Source: Candidatus Thorarchaeota archaeon | GTDB lineage: Archaea; Asgardarchaeota; Thorarchaeia; Thorarchaeales; Thorarchaeaceae | Reading direction: 5' to 3' | DNA length: 64,000 bases | Assembly: GCA_019057475.1 (NCBI GenBank) | Contig: DXJO01000008.1 | Span: 1-64,000 of the forward strand | In this document: positions 1 to 10,126 of the stretch, in pieces | Layout: each line of letters begins with the position of its first letter | How positions within the stretch are numbered: position 1 is the stretch's first letter | Notes under the pieces: generated by a model | Databases searched by the model: none | Told to the model about the DNA's origin: nothing | What the model saw: the letters and a program-made list of their open reading frames with translations, nothing else | Program-made: the position numbers and the translations under genes

Positions 1-260
1 CGGCGAACAGAAGTAAGTTCTCTCTCGTTCATGCTAGTGATATTGACGCCATCGATTGTGACAGTTCCCGCGGTAGGCCTGTCGAGAGCGCCGATAAGAT
101 TCAACAGTGTTGTTTTACCTGATCCTGATGGCCCCATGATCCCGATGGCATCACCCTGCTTGACCTGCAGGCTTACGCCTCGAAGGGCTGGAACTGAGAG
201 TTCACCCATCCTGTAGATTCGCGTCACTGAATCGAGGTCTACGATGACATGGTCTTTCAT
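1..260 (-). CDS. ABC transporter ATP-binding protein (LolD/MacB-like), 5' part, runs off window
   Basis: Manual translation from ATG at 260: MKDHVIVDLDSVTRIYRMGELSVPALRGVSLQVKQGDAIGIMGPSGSGKTTLLNLIGALDRPTAG; Walker A GPSGSGKT. Confidence 0.9.
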   Translation of the reverse strand, partial: MKDHVIVDLDSVTRIYRMGELSVPALRGVSLQVKQGDAIGIMGPSGSGKTTLLNLIGALDRPTAGTVTIDGVNITSMNERELTSVR

Positions 261-475
261 ATGTTCCTTCTCAGTCACAGGTACTATCTATGAATTGGAG
301 CGCCTATAACGATATCCCTCTCCGTATTATAATCTCTAAGGTTGAAGAAGTGTACTGAACATGAAGAAAAAAAGCGGCGCGATGGAATGTTGGCAGAAAG
401 GGTTCGTATGGAGGGAATGTATCGTATGTAACGGGGGATAAAGAGAGCCCGCCAACCCGCACCATTGTTTTCAAG

Positions 476-543
476 TGCCCCCTGACATGTTTGAGCCCCT
501 GCATTCCTGACAAGGGGCTACAACGACAAGAAAAGAGGGGGCA
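476..543. other. Nested GC-rich stem-loop
   Basis: TGCCCCCT(476-483)/AGGGGGCA(536-543) enclosing AGCCCCT(494-500)/AGGGGCT(513-519). Confidence 0.5.
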
Positions 544-552
544 GGGTCAAAA

Positions 553-1338
553 GAAGTCCTTGCTGGTCGTTGGGATGCTCTGGCCACCTTGGCTATCCCT
601 GACAATGATAAGAGCATTAGAGCTCTCCTGAGGTTTCTGCATCTTATGGATAAGTGGGGCTATACAACATCCTTGATTGAGGTTGCATCTTCTGGAACTG
701 TGAACTGCTTCGACTACTATGACAGTAGGAATGGAGCGTGGGCAATACCGTGGGAACTGCTGGAGATTCAGATTCGCAAGGTATACAACGATGAGCTGGG
801 GTCAGCGTTTCCTCGAATTGACCATCCCACCTCAAGGACACAAATTCATCTTGATCGACTTGATTTGCAGATACTTGGCCAGGTCAGACATGGTAGTTCG
901 TCGATAGCTAAGGTAAGAACTGCACTCCATATTGGACAACAGAGAGCGGCTAAGAAATTGAAGCGGATGAGAGAAGCAGGCTTGATTCTCTCGACTTGGG
1001 AAATTCACAATATTGGCTTGGATGAGAGTGTGATTGTTGTTACTGATGACAAGAGAACCGCTGAGTCGATCACGGCATGGACACAGCGTCTCCCAAGAAG
1101 CATTGTATCGTTCGATGAGAATCGTAGGCTTTGCCTTGTGATGCAGTTGCTCAGTGGTGGAAGCTTTGGAATGGCGAGGGCTCTTTCCTCACTGTCAGGA
1201 AGAGTTACTGTTGATATGCTTGGCATAAAGATCTATGGCGCCTGGGGTTTCCCAACCAGCCTTTGGAATGTAAGCGAGCAAAGATGGCGGACACCCGACG
1301 ACGGACTTAGGGAATGGTTTGAGAAGCTGAATGCTTGA
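553..1338 (+). pseudogene. Winged-helix/Lrp-like regulator, apparently 5'-truncated
   Basis: HTH-like LDRLDLQILGQV...IAKVRTALHIGQQRAAKKLKRMREAGLI. Frame reads protein-like upstream of the TTG at 589 (EVLAGRWDALATLAIP) but is closed by TGA at 508-510 with no ATG after it. Confidence 0.5.
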
Positions 1339-1565
1339 AACTTGTCATGGATGATTTGAACGTATCATGCACAGAAGAAGACTCGATGCACAACGAATTC
1401 CAGTTCTTCCGGGAAGATTCGCATTTACAAGTTCATCATAGATGAGTGGAAACGAGTTCAAGGATGACTCGCAGAAAGCGACATTGTCATGCAAAGCCAG
1501 CAGAGAAGCCGGAATCAAAGGGGACGGGGTCAAGCGTGTGAAAAACATAGTTGCCAGTGGAGATC

Positions 1566-2198
1566 CTAATCCAGTCGCCAGGTGTACCTAGGTTGATCTG
1601 AAGGCCTTAATCTTGTCCAGAGAAGATACAATCCAAAAGGGAATATGTCAACAAGAACTGGCACGACCAAGAACCAAGGGAACACCGACGGACCGGGATC
1701 ATCTGGCTTGTTGTAGAGAATCAACAAGGGATACACCGATGATGAGGACATGTGTCCGAGGGTATCATTCGCAAAGAACTGGACATCAAACCAGGTTTCC
1801 GTTCTGCTGACGTTGACTGTGAACCGACCAACGTAGGTGTTTCCCTCGCCCGGTGGTAGTAGACTCATTGATTGATTCGTCCAGCTAGTTTCATTGGCGC
1901 GCTTATAGCTCAGCCAGACCGCATCCACGCCGTCAGGATCGTAGACATCTATGTCTACTGACGGAGTGCATTGATTGTAAAATGTGGATGTCAGGTCTGT
2001 GCTATAATTCCCAAATACTGGTCCTTCGCTTGAATTCGAAATAAGGGCACTCTGACTATCATTCAGGTTTGGCATGTCACACACAACAGGTGTCTGTGGG
2101 ATTACTAGAAGAATGAACACCAGAAAGACTGTGCGACCATTCAAGCGGTCACAACAGAGTCTGAAAGAGTTCTTCATCATAGCTACCAGCTGTTCCAA
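1566..2198 (-). CDS. Small secreted/membrane-anchored Ig-like protein
   Basis: N-terminal hydrophobic segment; DVYDPDGVDAVWLSY...FFANDTLGH beta-sandwich; C-terminal TM. Confidence 0.7.
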   Translation of the reverse strand: MEQLVAMMKNSFRLCCDRLNGRTVFLVFILLVIPQTPVVCDMPNLNDSQSALISNSSEGPVFGNYSTDLTSTFYNQCTPSVDIDVYDPDGVDAVWLSYKRANETSWTNQSMSLLPPGEGNTYVGRFTVNVSRTETWFDVQFFANDTLGHMSSSSVYPLLILYNKPDDPGPSVFPWFLVVPVLVDIFPFGLYLLWTRLRPSDQPRYTWRLD

Positions 2199-2411
2199 CT
2201 ATAGCTGAACCTAATCCAGGTCGGATGAAGATGATGTTTCTGCTCCCAGTCAGCCGACCAAGCATCACGGAATTCCAGCAGTAGATATACTGTTGAACCG
2301 GTGAGGTATATGTTTCTCATCATATTCTGTACTGTACCGGTTCAATGGGCTCCACACTCACCAGTTCGAGGGGCTCGGTCTCTTCGTTAAGCTTGGACAA
2401 CATGACCCAAC

Positions 2412-3761
2412 TCATTGAAACACATTCCATGGTTTTGGCCTCAAAGTGACTACCAAAGCAACAACAACTATCCCAACCACTCCTGTTAGAATTATGGCAT
2501 TCAGATTTTGATAGTTGATGTCATGAGTAGTAGAAACTTGCCCTCTAAATCGTGTAAGAGTAAGATTGGCATCAGCTTCGGGTAAAGAAAAACTGCCTTC
2601 AGCATAAATCACACCATCACCAACTGCTGCAATAGAGTTGATTCTGTAAGTAGTTTCAATCTCATTCAACACAGGCGACCACTCAGGAATACTGTCTAGA
2701 TTTGCATTAAGTTTCATGATTATGTATGGCTGCTCATAAACAGATAGCAAAGAGTAGACATCACCCTCAGGAGATACAACAAGATCAACTGCTGTAACAT
2801 AGAGAATTTCAGTATCATTCTGAACAATGAGTCTTCTTGTGATGAGTTCATCCCCATCTCGGCTCCATTTTGAGATATTGCAGTAGAAGTTCATCGAAAT
2901 CGCAGAATCTTTCAAAATGGAGTGGGAATTGCCAGTAGCCAAGATGACTATGTCTGGACGGGTCATGGAATATATTGACCCATCTGAAGAGGGTGAGATA
3001 CTGTGAAAGCTACCTTCGATATTCCAAATGACGTTTCCGTCTTCATCCCACTTTGTGAGGTATTGGCTTGTTAGAGTATATACAGACCCATCAGGAGAAA
3101 TGCCGAGCTGTCGACTACTATGAAATTCCGGACTATTTATGATTCTGTCCCAGATGAGGGATCCATTGCTACTCAATTTCACCAGAACCGGAAGTGGTCC
3201 AGTTGGTGCAATGAGTACATACACTGAGCCATCTTCAGACACCACAACATCCCTGGCTGTTTCATATTCTCCATAGTCAAGTGTTTGAATCCACGATACA
3301 GTACCAGATTGATTAACCTTCAACACCAGAGAGTCGCTACCACTTGACGATGGAGTACTTCCTATGAGGTACACGAAATGTGAATCAGCAGTGACAGCAT
3401 GAACGAGACTACTTCCAGCTTCATTGATTGTTTTCCCCCAAATCAGACCAGCAGTTGCGTTCCACTTTGCGAGCAGGATCCCATATGTAACACCTGGCAG
3501 ATATGAAGTCCCAATAGTGAAGATTTGATTCAGGTGAGGAACCGCTATCCCTTTTCCTTGGTCTGAATAATCAGTCCCCCACTCACCAGAATTAGTGATA
3601 TTGAAATCTCCACGCGGGTTTGCTAAATCAAGAACTATATCATCAACAACAGTTGATGAAGATACAGCTCCTCCAGATTGAATATAGAATGGTAGCATAA
3701 GTAATGCACAAAGGAAAACGGTCAGTAATGGTTGACAACCATTCCTCTTCAAAATGGACAA
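2412..3761 (-). CDS. Membrane-anchored beta-propeller surface protein
   Basis: Signal peptide; repeated 'S.DGSVY....VKL..NG..IW' blades; C-terminal TM plus basic tail. Confidence 0.8.
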   Translation of the reverse strand: MSILKRNGCQPLLTVFLCALLMLPFYIQSGGAVSSSTVVDDIVLDLANPRGDFNITNSGEWGTDYSDQGKGIAVPHLNQIFTIGTSYLPGVTYGILLAKWNATAGLIWGKTINEAGSSLVHAVTADSHFVYLIGSTPSSSGSDSLVLKVNQSGTVSWIQTLDYGEYETARDVVVSEDGSVYVLIAPTGPLPVLVKLSSNGSLIWDRIINSPEFHSSRQLGISPDGSVYTLTSQYLTKWDEDGNVIWNIEGSFHSISPSSDGSIYSMTRPDIVILATGNSHSILKDSAISMNFYCNISKWSRDGDELITRRLIVQNDTEILYVTAVDLVVSPEGDVYSLLSVYEQPYIIMKLNANLDSIPEWSPVLNEIETTYRINSIAAVGDGVIYAEGSFSLPEADANLTLTRFRGQVSTTHDINYQNLNAIILTGVVGIVVVALVVTLRPKPWNVFQ

Positions 3762-3961
3762 CTCCTCATATATTGCATCTAACGGTTAAGATTCACTAAA
3801 AATTCAGATATCTTTTTCGATTTCTACAGGCACAGGTGATTAGACCGATAAACGGCAGGACACAAGAGTTCGCAATCGGTGACGATGCGAGGGATTTAAC
3901 AATATTTCTCCCATCACACATCTCTTGCCTGAGACCAGATGACGAACTGAACTGATAGGAG

Positions 3962-4249
3962 GTGATTGAAACGACAGAGATTGATACGACCTCGAAACGT
4001 CCGCCACCAGATAAGGATAAGAGAGAGTTCAGAGCCGCAGTACGCTCTCTCTGTGTCTGGGTCGTTGTATTTGCTTTCTGTTTCGTCTTTGGCTTCATGG
4101 GAGACCTTGTTGTTGACTTTGGCTCAGCAGTTGCCTTCATGGTGATATTGCCTTTCGCGGCAGTCTATCTCTTCGTGTCCATCTACAAGATAGGAAAGGC
4201 AATTTTTAATCTCTACAAACATAGGCGAAGTGATTCTTCGCCTTCGTGA
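3962..4249 (+). CDS. Small 2-TM membrane protein
   Basis: GGAGG directly at the GTG start; two hydrophobic helices. Confidence 0.6.
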   Translation: MIETTEIDTTSKRPPPDKDKREFRAAVRSLCVWVVVFAFCFVFGFMGDLVVDFGSAVAFMVILPFAAVYLFVSIYKIGKAIFNLYKHRRSDSSPS

Positions 4250-4349
4250 TACTGTTTACCCCTGGCTGGAGGACACGAACATGCTCAAGGATTCTCAATC
4301 ACCACTGGGAGAGTCCACGCACAGGGCGAATTGAACAATGTTGAGATGC

Positions 4350-4369
4350 AATCCGTAACGTTACGGATT
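4350..4369. promoter_or_regulatory. Perfect 20-bp palindrome, candidate operator
   Basis: AATCCGTAACGTTACGGATT is its own reverse complement; CTGCACTAGTGCAG at 4391-4404 is a second palindrome. Confidence 0.35.
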
Positions 4370-4804
4370 CTTTCGATTTATCGAGAGACCCTGCACTAGT
4401 GCAGAATGAAAGGACTCATTCACAAAGGCCAGACAGTCTTCTTTGTCTTCTTGGATATTAACACACTGTTAATACTGGGCTTTTTGGGCTCATTCCCCAA
4501 CTCCGATGTGTCTTCCAGACTCCCATATCAGGTGTAAAGTGTGAACTGGGTAAAAACGTGGCAGTCCATTGTAGGTTGAACCAATGATATGCTGCTTTAC
4601 TACTTAGTTTGTAGCAGGGAACCCACAAGACCCTCGAAGAGGGCGTGTCTGGCTCACCTCTGAATTTTTGTATTATCTGACAGGGCCTCGACTTGCAGAA
4701 AAGTTAAAATTCCCAGAGCATAGATGTGGATTATACTGAGTGGCGGCAGAGAACCCGTAGCCGAAGGCTGTCCAGATTTTGAACTGCCGAGAGGGTCTAG
4801 CAGA

Positions 4805-5722
4805 ATGGGTGAGAGTGTTGTTTCTGTTCGAGGACTAACGAAGCATTTCAATGGTGTACAGGCTCTGGCGGATGTTCATCTTGAGGTGGCGCCTGGAGTC
4901 TTTGGACTCATTGGACCCAATGGCGCAGGAAAGACAACCCTTCTTCGAGTACTTCTGGGCCTGATAAGACCAGACAAGGGACAAGCCAAGGTTCTTGGTT
5001 TGGACATATCAAGCCAATCCCTGCAGATTAGGCAGAGAGTAGGTGTGCTACATGAGAAACCCACCTATCCACCATTCATGAGGATTGATAATTACTTGAA
5101 GATGGTGACTGAGCTGTATGGGAGTGCGAAAACAACTCAGAAGCTACTTGACTTGGTGGGCCTTTCCGATGTGGGGTGGAGGCAGATCCGGACCCTCTCA
5201 GCAGGCATGAATCAACGGCTTGGAATAGCTCAGAGTCTTGCTGGAGACCCTGAGTTGGTGTTCATGGACGAACCGACTTCGAACCTTGATGTCATAGGAA
5301 GAGATGAGATTATCAAGCTATTAGTTGAGCTATACCATGAAACAGGGATCAGTTTCTTCATATCTTCACACAATCTCTCACAGCTTGAGAAATTATGTCA
5401 TAATGTTGCCTTCATTGACGCTGGACGTGTGATAGAGAAAGGACCAACTGGTCAGATTATAGATAAGCATACTTCTGGGCTCTACAATGTTGTGTGTTCG
5501 GATCCAAAATCGTTAATCTATGCCTTTGAAAGTGACCCTGACATACTCGTCGTTGGCACATCTGGAATTGATGCCGTCACTCTCTGCGTCAAGAATCTTG
5601 ATTTTACATCAGCGAGAGAACAGATATACCATACTGCAGCACAACACGACATCGAGCTTCGGACCTTCACGAAAGCTAACACCCTTGAAGATGCATATAG
5701 GGAGGTTATCCGTAATGCGTGA
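4805..5722 (+). CDS. ABC-2 type transporter ATP-binding protein
   Basis: GPNGAGKT, LSAGM signature, MDEPT, SSH; start placed at MGESVV. Confidence 0.92.
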   Translation: MGESVVSVRGLTKHFNGVQALADVHLEVAPGVFGLIGPNGAGKTTLLRVLLGLIRPDKGQAKVLGLDISSQSLQIRQRVGVLHEKPTYPPFMRIDNYLKMVTELYGSAKTTQKLLDLVGLSDVGWRQIRTLSAGMNQRLGIAQSLAGDPELVFMDEPTSNLDVIGRDEIIKLLVELYHETGISFFISSHNLSQLEKLCHNVAFIDAGRVIEKGPTGQIIDKHTSGLYNVVCSDPKSLIYAFESDPDILVVGTSGIDAVTLCVKNLDFTSAREQIYHTAAQHDIELRTFTKANTLEDAYREVIRNA

Positions 5723-6524
5723 GCGATTATCTGAACTGAGGAAACTGTCCTGTCTTGAATTGACTCTCTCCTATCGATTCCCGACGATAGAGTTTCTGGT
5801 CGCCATCTTAGTGTTCTCTTCTGGCCTTGGTGTCTTGTCAATCGGCATGACAAGTATTGGAATGAATCTTAATCCCGATCCATACTACAACGCGACACAG
5901 ACAACTGAACATTACACAGAGCACATGGTGCAGAAAAAGACTCTCGCCTATGTTCAGGCCCTTGTAACTTGTACTAACGTACTCTTCTTTCTGATTCCTC
6001 TTTTTGTTGCCTTCACTGTGGCTCGACCCTTTGAAGATGGGACCTTGAAAACTATTCTTTCTTACCCTGTTAATCGCTCCACCTTGATGTCTGTAAGGAC
6101 GCTCTTGCTGCTTTCACTTACGAGTATTCCCACCATTGCATTATCTGCTGTTTGGACGAGTACTCTCATTCCATCTGATCTGAACATTGGTTATGCAATG
6201 ATTGCATCAATCGCCACTCTAGTGTCAATATTGATGATGTATGCAATCTCGCAGTTTGCTGCGATAATCTCCAAGAAGTCATCAGCTACAGTGATCGTTG
6301 GGATGATATTCTGGATTATGGTTACTACACTTATCTATGGCCCATTCTTACCGATCACTCTAGTTGCTACTTTAAATCCAGTCTCTGCAGTTTTCAATTT
6401 TATAGTTGGAGGAGAATATGCTCCAACAATTAGCGATCTGGTAGTAGGCATATCCTCTGCACTAGTAATCGCATTGTGTCTGATTGCGACTAGTCTGAAG
6501 TTATTCTTCAAGGCGGAGGTGTAG
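5715..6524 (+). CDS. ABC-2 type permease
   Basis: About 6 TM helices, 'FEDGTLKTILSYPVNR' motif, overlaps the ATPase stop. Confidence 0.85.
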   Translation: MRERLSELRKLSCLELTLSYRFPTIEFLVAILVFSSGLGVLSIGMTSIGMNLNPDPYYNATQTTEHYTEHMVQKKTLAYVQALVTCTNVLFFLIPLFVAFTVARPFEDGTLKTILSYPVNRSTLMSVRTLLLLSLTSIPTIALSAVWTSTLIPSDLNIGYAMIASIATLVSILMMYAISQFAAIISKKSSATVIVGMIFWIMVTTLIYGPFLPITLVATLNPVSAVFNFIVGGEYAPTISDLVVGISSALVIALCLIATSLKLFFKAEV

Positions 6525-6529
6525 ATGAC

Positions 6530-7024
6530 ATGCGAGTCCTGCGCTTTGGTACTCTGCTGATGGTCATTGGTCTTTCCATTGTGGCTATTGCTGCTTTCCC
6601 TCCTAGAACCGGAATGGGTGGAGGTGGACCATTGGAACCCGGCGGATATCAGGGTGGTCTGTATATGTTCACCAGTAACATCCACGTGACCATTGATGTT
6701 AGAGATAACCTAACAATCTCACTGTACCTCCTTGATTGGGATGATACTCTGACGCTGTTGCAGACAGGTTCCTTGGATCACACAAGTCCCCACATTGCGT
6801 ATCATAACATCACATCATTCAGCGGCATCATAGAGGTTCCTGCTCCGGGAGTTTACTCGCTTGTTGCGGATTCGACACATAACGAAACTGTATTCTTGGA
6901 TATTGATATGTACACGATTCTGCCTCAGACCCACATACTCGCACCTGGATTAGTCTTCATATGCCTTGGAGCATCCATAATTATACTGAGGATAATGTAC
7001 ACTAAATACACCGCCGGTCAATGA
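6530..7024 (+). CDS. Membrane protein with extracellular beta domain, ABC operon partner
   Basis: N- and C-terminal TM; 5 nt after the permease. Confidence 0.7.
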   Translation: MRVLRFGTLLMVIGLSIVAIAAFPPRTGMGGGGPLEPGGYQGGLYMFTSNIHVTIDVRDNLTISLYLLDWDDTLTLLQTGSLDHTSPHIAYHNITSFSGIIEVPAPGVYSLVADSTHNETVFLDIDMYTILPQTHILAPGLVFICLGASIIILRIMYTKYTAGQ

Positions 7025-7111
7025 AATCGTGTAGCCAGAGGAAAACTGCTCTTTGCCTTCTGGCAAGGAGCGTGCGAAAAAACATCTCGACACGCACCAT
7101 TCTAGTTAGCC

Positions 7112-7552
7112 ATGCTCCTCCTGCATGTATGGTATTTCGGTGATACTCCATACGCTATTTGCGACTACCGATATCAGCAAAGCAGCATCTGGATACGCAG
7201 AAACCTGACATGGCTTCTGCGATTCAGAACAACAAGAACGAATATCTTTGGAACAACAGTCATAAGTAATCGCGATTATCTGGTAAGTCTCTTCAAGGAT
7301 GGGGATACACTTGTGGAGTACGAGCACACAGAGGTGATTGGCAACAGCCTGATGGCCCACATAACCGTTCAATTTCCAGTCCTGAAATCTATTGACAAGT
7401 GCCTCACCGTACACGTCATTAACACAAGTTCCGCGACTACTACAGGGGCGGTGTCCAACATAAAGGTGAGCGGCACAGTAGTCGGCTTCACTCTAGAAAA
7501 TCTCGGAATTTCTACGACTCTCTCGTGTAATCTAGCATGCGTCGGATTTTAG
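7112..7552 (+). CDS. Hypothetical beta-rich protein (possibly a fragment)
   Basis: Open frame; C-terminal half is Thr/Val/Gly-rich. Confidence 0.3.
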   Translation: MLLLHVWYFGDTPYAICDYRYQQSSIWIRRNLTWLLRFRTTRTNIFGTTVISNRDYLVSLFKDGDTLVEYEHTEVIGNSLMAHITVQFPVLKSIDKCLTVHVINTSSATTTGAVSNIKVSGTVVGFTLENLGISTTLSCNLACVGF

Positions 7553-7935
7553 ATCTGAGGCGACACTATGGCTAAATCAAGGGTGAGAAAACGGCATAGA
7601 TTAGTTACACCTAACGAGTCGTTTTTTGGCGTTGTTTCACCCACCTTCTGCGGTGATAGAAAATGAAGAAACAAATTGTGCCCATAATCCTTCAGTTACC
7701 CTTTGATGGAAAAATACTTCAAGCAATGAGTCTGTGGAACTTAATGCGTACCATTCGGCTGCTACTGCTAGGGTTGTGAAGACACGCGACAGGCCTTCGA
7801 GCAACCCCCTTTTGGAGATCTAGCTGCATTTTCCTGCATTGCTCTTTGAGAAAGTCGAAGGCCCGCGAAATCTAGGATGATGTACATGCCAATTGTAGTG
7901 AGCAGAGAGAGGAATACGAGAGGTTCACAGCGGCG

Positions 7936-8259
7936 ATGAATAAGAAACGCGGGGTCAGTCCCCAGCCCAAGGCATCTAAGCCTGAACTGAGATATCTGTA
8001 CATAAGATACAAAAAGAATGGTAGGTTTCGGGCCAAGCGGTTGACAGTGAGGGACAAGGGCTTAAGGACCCACCATTGTGAAGTTGTGGGGGACTACAAA
8101 ATGTCTCAGGTGCTTAAAGCACGAAGCCGGCATGGGCTCATTCTGGAATTAGACAAACCCGAACACCTAGAGGTGTTGGTCGAATGCGCGTTTCAGTACC
8201 TAGGAGCAGATCCCGACAATCGGAGATGGTACTGGGATGATGATGCCATCAAGGCATAG
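7936..8259 (+). CDS. Hypothetical basic protein; an HTH-like segment continues in frame after the TAG (8260-8349)
   Basis: 107-aa ORF; after TAG: CIAKETGISEGRVSQVLSDIKINVAKRLL*. Confidence 0.45.
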   Translation: MNKKRGVSPQPKASKPELRYLYIRYKKNGRFRAKRLTVRDKGLRTHHCEVVGDYKMSQVLKARSRHGLILELDKPEHLEVLVECAFQYLGADPDNRRWYWDDDAIKA

Positions 8260-8380
8260 TGCATCGCTAAAGAAACTGGTATTTCTGAGGGTCGAGTCAG
8301 CCAGGTCTTAAGTGATATTAAAATCAATGTTGCTAAAAGATTGTTGTGATTGTTTCATAGTAAAGAAAAAGGTAATTAAA

Positions 8381-8689
8381 ATGGAAAGAAATGAGAAATT
8401 GATATTGGTTTTAATGTTAATTGGTATTATTGGAATTGGCAGTGTGGCGGTAATTCAGAGTAATTATGATTTGTTTGTAGATCTCTTAAAATCTTTGCTT
8501 ACTCCAAATGACATATTGCTTGTAGTGCTTGTTATAATTGGAATACTCCTTGTAAGTCTTGGTATAGCAGTGTGGTATTTGTGGTTAGGAATAGATAAAA
8601 AAAGAAAGGAAAGGCGGGAGACTAATATAGTTACAAAAGTGTTACTAAGGAAACACCATTGCCCCACCAGAATCACTACAGATTTTTGA
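8381..8689 (+). CDS. AT-rich 2-TM membrane protein
   Basis: MERNEKLILVLMLIGIIG...; visibly lower GC than flanks. Confidence 0.55.
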   Translation: MERNEKLILVLMLIGIIGIGSVAVIQSNYDLFVDLLKSLLTPNDILLVVLVIIGILLVSLGIAVWYLWLGIDKKRKERRETNIVTKVLLRKHHCPTRITTDF

Positions 8690-8789
8690 TGGACTTCGAT
8701 CCCCCGCGCTATAGGTAAACCAAGTCACGGGGCGATGAAACGTGAAAGTACTTATTTATGCGGGAGAATGACCTGTCGGAGGAATCAAG

Positions 8790-9008
8790 TTGGTCTGGGT
8801 GCTAATCGCTTTCTTTGGATTAATTGCCATGTTCGCGTATATTCTAGACTGGAAATTAAGCAGGCGAAAACGTTCCTTTCAAACCAGTGTTGCGAGAGAA
8901 ACCAATACCCAAAAACTTTTTGCGTCAAAGACAATTGATTCGGCCTTCTTCGATGGAGAGAGCCCAGACTACGCAGAGGCCCTTTCAAGGGTTCGCGGAA
9001 GATGCTAA
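8790..9008 (+). CDS. Small single-pass membrane protein
   Basis: GGAGG upstream; N-terminal TM followed by basic residues. Confidence 0.5.
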   Translation: MVWVLIAFFGLIAMFAYILDWKLSRRKRSFQTSVARETNTQKLFASKTIDSAFFDGESPDYAEALSRVRGRC

Positions 9009-9305
9009 CGCCTAGAACGGAGCGCCACGGCTTTCACGTGAATCGGTTTACTTGACTATGGGGCTTCTGTGGACCTTCAAGGCCCACACTACTTTTCACG
9101 CTTAGCATTGTATGTCTTTTGGTCGGCGCGCTAGGGTAGACGACATTTCTAGACAATGAATACACCTTTTAGTAACCCGTTACTAAAAGAAGTCCAGCTA
9201 GGCACCATATTAGACCAAGAGAACGTTTCTGCAAATCAAAGCTTAATAGTTTCTAACCTATCATTTAATAGGAACGTGCCTGACGTGCTGCTCGAGTGTT
9301 CACGA

Positions 9306-9689
9306 ATGGAACGACCCGATTACCGCCAACTCGCCAAGCTTTTGGAGGAGATGAACAAGGAAGGCGGTTTCTTTGCATCAATTCTGTCAAGGAATGACGG
9401 TCTTCTGATGGCTTCAGCAGTCGCTCCCACCTCAAACAGAGACCTCATAGCAGCAATGTCGGGTTTTCTCACAGACACGGCAGAGCGAGTGCGCGAGGAG
9501 CTCTCTCTGGGGGCTCTCAAGGACATCAGCATTCGTTGCAATGAGGGGAAAGCTGTTTTCCGGAAAATCGGATCCAAAGCTGAGCAGAGCTTGATACTGG
9601 CTGCACTCATGCCGCGCAATGTTCGCTACCACAACAGGCCTCTCGGCAAGGCCGCCACTCGCATTCGTATCCTCATGGGCTACCGCTGA
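9306..9689 (+). CDS. Roadblock/LC7 domain protein
   Basis: GFFASILSRNDGLLMASA...DLIAAMS pattern; about 127 aa from MERPDY. Confidence 0.88.
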   Translation: MERPDYRQLAKLLEEMNKEGGFFASILSRNDGLLMASAVAPTSNRDLIAAMSGFLTDTAERVREELSLGALKDISIRCNEGKAVFRKIGSKAEQSLILAALMPRNVRYHNRPLGKAATRIRILMGYR

Positions 9690-9790
9690 AGAATCCACGA
9701 CACAACCTTCGCGAGTTGGCAATACAAAACATTCAAGAGATGCGACACATTCTGGACTCTGTCATACCCCTAATTTAGGAGCGCTATCGA

Positions 9791-10126
9791 GTGGCAAACG
9801 CAAAGAGCGAGGATGAATCCAAGTCTGAAGATGACGATGGCTCATCGAAGATTGTGATTGTTCTCTTCAAGTCTGACACATGCGCTTTCTGTCCGCGAGC
9901 TGAAGAGGTTGTACGTGATACTATCCAGAATTTCTCGCCAGAGTCCTTTAAGCTCAGAATCGTCAATGTAAGCGAGAATCCAGAGGTCGCAGAAGAGTTC
10001 GGAATCGTGGCATTGCCTACGACGATGATCGGAGGCGTTTCAATCATAGGTATCCCCGAACCTGAGATGCTGATGAAGATGATTATGGGTGCTGGGGTTT
10101 CGAAGATGAGAGGTGCAAGAAAATGA
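9791..10126 (+). CDS. Thioredoxin-fold protein with CxxC, KaiB-like
   Basis: CAFC; FKLRIVNVSENPEVAEEFGIVALPT resembles KaiB [25 protein letters not shown]; ATGA overlap with the KaiC-like gene. Confidence 0.8.
   Translation: MANAKSEDESKSEDDDGSSKIVIVLFKSDTCAFCPRAEEVVRDTIQNFSPESFKLRIVNVSENPEVAEEFGIVALPTTMIGGVSIIGIPEPEMLMKMIMGAGVSKMRGARK

Noticed and set aside
31-216. 61-aa + strand ORF and the many similar short ORFs overlapping long genes
   Set aside because: Antisense or alternate-frame shadows of well-supported genes; here the real gene is the minus-strand ABC ATPase
1566-2223. CCTAATCCAG at about 1565 and 2210 as a direct repeat around the Ig-like gene
   Set aside because: Only 10-13 bp with no extended similarity; could be chance
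8688-8740. tRNA-like TTCGATCCC
   Set aside because: No cloverleaf or acceptor stem; only a simple hairpin
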